DNA of 24,000 bases from Leptolyngbya sp. CCNP1308 (GTDB taxonomy: Bacteria > Cyanobacteriota > Cyanobacteriia > Phormidesmidales > Phormidesmidaceae). The stretch's first letter is position 1. Each line of letters starts with the position of its first letter. The stretch spans positions 46,624 through 70,623 of the forward strand of contig NZ_JAYGIH010000002.1 in NCBI RefSeq assembly GCF_034932455.1. Reading direction: 5' to 3'. Positions 19,829 to 24,000 of this stretch are shown piece by piece. A model generated the notes under the pieces. That model was not told where the DNA came from. It ran no database searches and was given only the letters and a program-made list of their open reading frames with translations. A program made the translations under genes and the position numbers.

Positions 19829-20162
19829 GGTGAAAACTGGGTTTATGGGGTAGGGACGGCGGGTCGATATTGCCCAGGGGTTAGAGAAAACAGGTCTAGG
19901 GCACCAAAGCCAATCATTATAGATTGGGATAGATTGTGGCAAAAGTGGCCCTTAGCTTCTCCTTATAACCATCTGCAAGGCTAGGATAGGCTTGCCTGGG
20001 ATCGTCCCCCAAGCGGTCTTTAGAGCCCCGCTGACGCTCACTTATCTAGAGGGTCATTATAATGGCCTAACCGTCCTCTACCGACGAGCATCTACACCCT
20101 ACCCAGCAGCGCTTCATCGCTACCCTGCCCCGTCGTTTTATAAGCAGCCTTTAAGAGCCAAC

Positions 20163-22082
20163 GTGTCAACCAACACCATTCGCCACAAAAGCCGATCTCA
20201 GCCTCAGCCCCTGCGCCGAGCGCCCAACGCGCTGAAATACGTTCAAGACGTGGGGCAGGTAGCAGCGGCAGCCCTGCTCGGCACCACCATGATCGCCAGC
20301 TCTGTGCTGGCGGGCGGGCTGGTGGGGCTGGCCATCAGCTTTCGCAACCTGCCGGATGTGCGGGTACTGCGCAACTATGTGCCCAGCGAGACCAGCTACA
20401 TCTATGACATCAACGGCACCCTGCTCTACAGCCTTCACGACGAAGCGAACCGCGAAGTCATCGACCTCGACGAGATGTCACCCCACCTCAAGCGGGCCGT
20501 GTTAGCGGTAGAAGACAGCTATTTTTATTCGCACAATGGTATTAACCCCAGCAGCGTGGGCCGGGCTGTACTGGCCAACGTAGAGGCTGGCTCTACGGTA
20601 GAGGGTGGCTCCACCGTCACCATGCAGCTGGTCAAAAACCTGTTTCTGACCCCCGAGCGGGCCGTTAGCCGCAAAGTGGCCGAGGCCGTGCTGGCCCTGC
20701 GCCTAGAGCAAATCTTCAGCAAAGACGAAATTCTGGAGATGTACCTCAACCAGGTCTACTGGGGCCACAACAACTACGGCGTCGAAACCGCTGCCCAGAG
20801 CTACTTTAATAAGTCGGCCAGAGACCTCAACCTGTCCGAAGCCGCGATGATGGCCGGGCTAATTCAGGCTCCCGAAAGCTACAGCCCCTTCTCCAACTAC
20901 CAGGCCACCAAGGCCCGCCAGGCCGTTGTGCTCAATCGCATGCGCCAGCTGGGGTGGATTACCCCCGAAGAAGAAGTGGCGGCCCGCGATGCGCCGCTGC
21001 TCATTGGTGAAGTCAAGTCGTTCCGCAGCAGTATTTCTCCCTACGTCACCGAAGCAGCTGTGCAGGAGCTGAAGCAGCGTTTTGGCAGTGAGGCCGTGCT
21101 GAAGGGCGGCATGCGAGTACAGACCACCGTAGATTTAGGCATGCAGCAAATGGCTGAGGCCACGGTGCAAAGGCACAATGCTCGCATTCGCCATATCGCC
21201 GACCAAATGGCACTGGTGTCGATCGATCCCCGTACCCACTTTGTCAAAGCTATGGTGGGCGGGGTCGACTATCAAACCAGCCAGTTCAACCGGGCTATTC
21301 AGGCCTACCGGCAGCCGGGGTCGGCGTTTAAGCCGTTTGTGTACTATGTGGCCTTTGCTACCGGGCGTTATACCCCAGCCAGCAGCATTGCCGATACGCC
21401 GGTTAGCTATCCCGATGGCTACCGCTACTACAGCCCCAGAAACTACGACGGTGGTTTCATGGGCAATATTCCCATTCGCACGGCGCTGGAAACCTCGCGC
21501 AATGTGCCGGCGGTGAAGCTGGGCCAGGCGGTAGGGGTAAACCAAATTATTGAGCTGTGCCGCACCCTCGGCATCAACAGCCCGATGCAGCCGGTCACCT
21601 CACTGCCCCTAGGGGCTGTAGATCTGACCCCAATGGAAATGGCGGGGGCCTACGCCACCTTTGCCAGCAATGGCTGGCACTCTGAGCCGACCTTTATCGT
21701 GCAGGTGAGCGACAGCAGCGGCAATGTGCTGCTCGACAACACTCCCCAGCCTCAGCTGGTGCTCGACCCCTGGGCGGCGGCTTCGCTCACGGATGTGTTG
21801 CAGGGAGTCATTGCTCGGGGAACGGGTAAGGGGGCTCAAATTGGCCGGCCTGCGGCGGGTAAAACCGGCACCACCGACTCCCAGCGGGACGTGTGGTTTG
21901 TGGGCTATGTGCCTCAGCTGTCGACCGCCGTGTGGATTGGTAACGACAACTATGCGCCGATGCGGTCTGGGGCAACGGGGGGAACCTATGCTGCCCCTGT
22001 GTGGAAAGACTTTATGCAGCAGGCTCTGGTGAACGTGCCGGTGGAAAACTTCAGGCGTCCTTCGGAGTTTGTGCAGCCCTAG
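20163..22082 (+). CDS. PBP1A-type bifunctional penicillin-binding protein (transglycosylase/transpeptidase)
   Basis: 'AVEDSYFYSHNGINPSSVGRAV', 'EGGSTVTMQLVKNLF', SxxK 'GSAFKPF', SxN-type 'SRNVPAVK', KTG 'AAGKTGTT'. GTG start at 20163 preferred; track ORF begins at 19992. Confidence 0.93.
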   Translation: MSTNTIRHKSRSQPQPLRRAPNALKYVQDVGQVAAAALLGTTMIASSVLAGGLVGLAISFRNLPDVRVLRNYVPSETSYIYDINGTLLYSLHDEANREVIDLDEMSPHLKRAVLAVEDSYFYSHNGINPSSVGRAVLANVEAGSTVEGGSTVTMQLVKNLFLTPERAVSRKVAEAVLALRLEQIFSKDEILEMYLNQVYWGHNNYGVETAAQSYFNKSARDLNLSEAAMMAGLIQAPESYSPFSNYQATKARQAVVLNRMRQLGWITPEEEVAARDAPLLIGEVKSFRSSISPYVTEAAVQELKQRFGSEAVLKGGMRVQTTVDLGMQQMAEATVQRHNARIRHIADQMALVSIDPRTHFVKAMVGGVDYQTSQFNRAIQAYRQPGSAFKPFVYYVAFATGRYTPASSIADTPVSYPDGYRYYSPRNYDGGFMGNIPIRTALETSRNVPAVKLGQAVGVNQIIELCRTLGINSPMQPVTSLPLGAVDLTPMEMAGAYATFASNGWHSEPTFIVQVSDSSGNVLLDNTPQPQLVLDPWAAASLTDVLQGVIARGTGKGAQIGRPAAGKTGTTDSQRDVWFVGYVPQLSTAVWIGNDNYAPMRSGATGGTYAAPVWKDFMQQALVNVPVENFRRPSEFVQP

Positions 22083-22265
22083 GATTGGCCAGATTTAAAG
22101 CCATAGATATTTCAACATCTCGTAGGTTGGTGCCACTGCGTTTCAGCCAGCGATCGCGACATCCGGGTTTCTTAACGCAACAGTCCTGAACCGGAGCCAT
22201 CTCGATCGCTGACTTTGAAGCAGTGGGCAGGGGACGGCAGCGCAGGGCACTGGTCTGACCGGTGG

Positions 22266-22742
22266 TCAGAGATTGGCCTCGTCGATTTGGGCGAGGACGC
22301 GATCGCGAAATTCCGGGTCGCTGTTCGCCAGTCCCAGCAGTTCCCAGTAGGCCGAGAGGGTGAGTCCGTTGGCTTGAATCAGGTCGAGGGCTGCCGCCTG
22401 AATTTCCTGCTGCATCTGGCGCGATTCGGTGTCGGTCTCGGCCCGCTGTAGACCGAGCTCGCGCGACTCGATCAGCTTGACGACAGCAATATAGGCTTTG
22501 ACAAAGCGGCTGACCGTTTCGGAGGGAATATCGTTAGCGTCGGGCTGGGCAGGGGAAACCGCTGGCGCTGGTTCGCCCGTCGTTAGCGAGGGGGAAACGG
22601 CTAGGGCGGGGGTAGACATACCCAGCAGCAGCAGGACGACCACGCCCAAATACAATGCCCGATGCACCAGGCGTCGGCGTTGCCTTCCCAGAGGCGAATC
22701 GCCCCAGACTCTGGGGCAGAGTCTGGGGCGGCGAATATACAT
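22266..22742 (-). CDS. DUF4168-like exported protein
   Basis: Signal peptide 'ALYLGVVVLLLLGMSTPALAV'; 'VSRFVKAYIAVVKLI...EIQAAALDLIQANGLTLSAYWELLGLANSDPEFRDRVLAQI'. Start ambiguous: ATG 22742, GTG 22667, ATG 22853, or track start 22886. Confidence 0.7.
   Translation of the reverse strand: MYIRRPRLCPRVWGDSPLGRQRRRLVHRALYLGVVVLLLLGMSTPALAVSPSLTTGEPAPAVSPAQPDANDIPSETVSRFVKAYIAVVKLIESRELGLQRAETDTESRQMQQEIQAAALDLIQANGLTLSAYWELLGLANSDPEFRDRVLAQIDEANL
22701..22729. repeat. Perfect 13-bp inverted repeat with 3-nt spacer
   Basis: GCCCCAGACTCTG-GGG-CAGAGTCTGGGGC, between the pedR-like start and the DUF4168 signal-peptide coding region. Confidence 0.85.
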
Positions 22743-22884
22743 TGACTTGACCGCAGTCGCTATCGACCTACAACCCATAGACCCAAGGCTCAGAACGCGT
22801 TTCACCAGCCTACCCGAAACCAGATCGCCTATAGTGGTACTAAGCCTAAGCATAAATACATAATGACGAAGGGAACAGACTGCC

Positions 22885-23172
22885 ATGGCAAGCGATGAAA
22901 TGGCTCCAGTGCCTGGTCAAGGGAGTCTCTCTGACCGAGAACTACAGATCGTTGAGCTAGTGGCATCGGGGCTAACCAACCAAGAAATTTCAGAGAAACT
23001 GGAGATCAGCAAGCGCACCGTCGATAACCACATCAGCAATATTTTGACCAAGACCGCGACGGGTAATCGGGTGGCCCTGTTTCGCTGGGCGCTCCAGTCG
23101 GGCAAGATCTGTATTGATGAAGTCAACTGCTGCCTCCTGCCCGAGGTCAAGGCTGAGAGTCAGGAAGCTTAG
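22885..23172 (+). CDS. pedR: Short LuxR/GerE-type HTH regulator, PedR-like
   Basis: 95 aa with only an HTH: 'LSDRELQIVELVASGLTNQEISEKLEISKRTVDNHISNILTKTATGNRVALFRWALQSGKICIDEVNCCLLP'; no receiver domain. Gene symbol is by recalled similarity to Synechocystis PedR. Confidence 0.78.
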   Translation: MASDEMAPVPGQGSLSDRELQIVELVASGLTNQEISEKLEISKRTVDNHISNILTKTATGNRVALFRWALQSGKICIDEVNCCLLPEVKAESQEA

Positions 23173-23243
23173 GCACCGACCACCGGTGCAGCTCAGGCTA
23201 TGATGGGTGTTCTGTATTGCCCCTTGAGAGTGCCTGCCCCGCT

Positions 23244-24000
23244 ATGGAGTCGATTCAATCGCTGCCCGGAACCGAAGATATTTTGCCCAAGGCGCAGTTT
23301 GTCGGCCAAGACTTGAAGGTCGCCGATATTCACACCTGGCAGCGGGTAGAGGCGACGGCCAGGGAGATTTTGGGCCGGGCCGCCTACCGTGAAATTCGCA
23401 CCCCCACCTTTGAGGCCACCTCGCTGTTTGAACGGGGAATTGGCGAAGCCACCGACGTGGTGGGCAAAGAGATGTACAGCTTTACAGACAAGGGCAATCG
23501 CGGCTGTACCCTGCGTCCCGAAGGTACCGCTGGAGTGGTGCGGGCTTATGTGCAGCACAGCCTCTATGCCCAGGGAGGTGTACAGCGGCTCTGGTACACC
23601 GGCCCTATGTATCGCTACGAGCGCCCTCAAAAGGGTCGCCAGCGCCAGTTTCACCAGGTAGGAGTCGAGGTGTTAGGCAGTGCCGATCCCCGCGCCGACG
23701 TGGAGGTGATTGCCCTGGCTACAGATATCTTGCAGGCCCTGGGGCTGAAGGATCTGACGTTTTATCTGAACTCGGTGGGCGACAGGGGCGATCGCACCCG
23801 CTACCGTGAGGCCCTTGTCAACTATCTCACCCCCTACGCGGCGGATTTGGATAAGGATTCGCGCGATCGCCTCACCCGCAATCCCCTGCGCATTCTCGAC
23901 AGCAAAGACGAAAAAACCCAGGCCATTACTCAGGAAGCGCCCAGCATTTTGGACTACCTGGGGCCAGACTCTAAGCGGCACTTTGACCAGGTGCTGGCCC
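23244..24000 (+). CDS. hisS: Histidyl-tRNA synthetase, 5' portion (continues past window)
   Basis: MESIQSLPGTEDILPKAQFVGQDLKVADIHTWQRVEATAREIL...FERGIGEATDVVGKEMYSFTDKGNRGCTLRPEGTAGVVRAYVQHSL...RYERPQKGRQRQFHQVGVEVLG; absent from the ORF track. Confidence 0.96.
   Translation, partial: MESIQSLPGTEDILPKAQFVGQDLKVADIHTWQRVEATAREILGRAAYREIRTPTFEATSLFERGIGEATDVVGKEMYSFTDKGNRGCTLRPEGTAGVVRAYVQHSLYAQGGVQRLWYTGPMYRYERPQKGRQRQFHQVGVEVLGSADPRADVEVIALATDILQALGLKDLTFYLNSVGDRGDRTRYREALVNYLTPYAADLDKDSRDRLTRNPLRILDSKDEKTQAITQEAPSILDYLGPDSKRHFDQVLA

Noticed and set aside
19103-19984. Plus-strand ORFs (123 and 131 aa) over tyrS
   Set aside because: Mirror frames of tyrS; translations lack protein-like features.
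20166-21839. Multiple ORFs inside the PBP gene on both strands
   Set aside because: Shadow frames of a strongly supported PBP1A-type CDS with intact catalytic motifs.
22254-22270. Small TCTGACC-GGT-GGTCAGA hairpin at the 3' end of the DUF4168 gene
   Set aside because: Only 7 bp with no following T-tract; could be chance. Not strong enough to call a terminator.
23193-23981. Minus-strand ORFs (153, 103 aa) and the plus-strand 90-aa ORF at 23389
   Set aside because: Overlap hisS in alternative frames; hisS is clearly the real gene although missing from the track.
1-24000. CRISPR arrays, toxin-antitoxin pairs, defence islands, transposases, tRNA/rRNA genes
   Set aside because: No regularly spaced direct repeats, transposase/integrase motifs, recognised toxin or nuclease ORFs, or obvious tRNA cloverleaf sequences were seen. 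tRNAscan-SE and Infernal runs would be needed to exclude small RNAs formally.

Overview
Cyanobacterial chromosomal window, recognised from psbEFLJ, ndhCKJ, rubA/ycf48, a phycobilisome-linker protein and dense GCGATCGC (HIP1) octamers. From left to right it holds: the 3' end of a truncated ORF; an extracellular polysaccharide (EPS) export/polymerisation locus (ABC exporter, O-antigen ligase/Wzy-like protein, Wza-like SLBB exporter, Wzc-like tyrosine kinase); an ndhC-ndhK-ndhJ operon with a clear terminator; a rubA-ycf48-psbE-psbF-psbL-psbJ photosystem II assembly cluster; nanE; a DUF2165-like membrane protein; a CobO/BtuR-like P-loop-family protein with an apparently lost Walker A, next to dcd; rph; a stand-alone phycobilisome linker-domain protein; tyrS; a PBP1A-type penicillin-binding protein; a DUF4168-like secreted protein divergent from a PedR-like short LuxR regulator; and the 5' part of hisS. 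I saw no CRISPR array, rRNA, tRNA, intact transposon or recognisable defence system. psbF, psbL and psbJ are missing from the ORF track because they are so short, and were read directly from the sequence. I do not see a convincing undescribed multi-gene system. The best second-look items are the degenerate CobO-like protein, the PedR-like regulator with a perfect 13-bp inverted repeat in the divergent region, the orphan linker protein, palindromic extragenic elements in the EPS locus, and an AT-rich segment around the polymerase gene.
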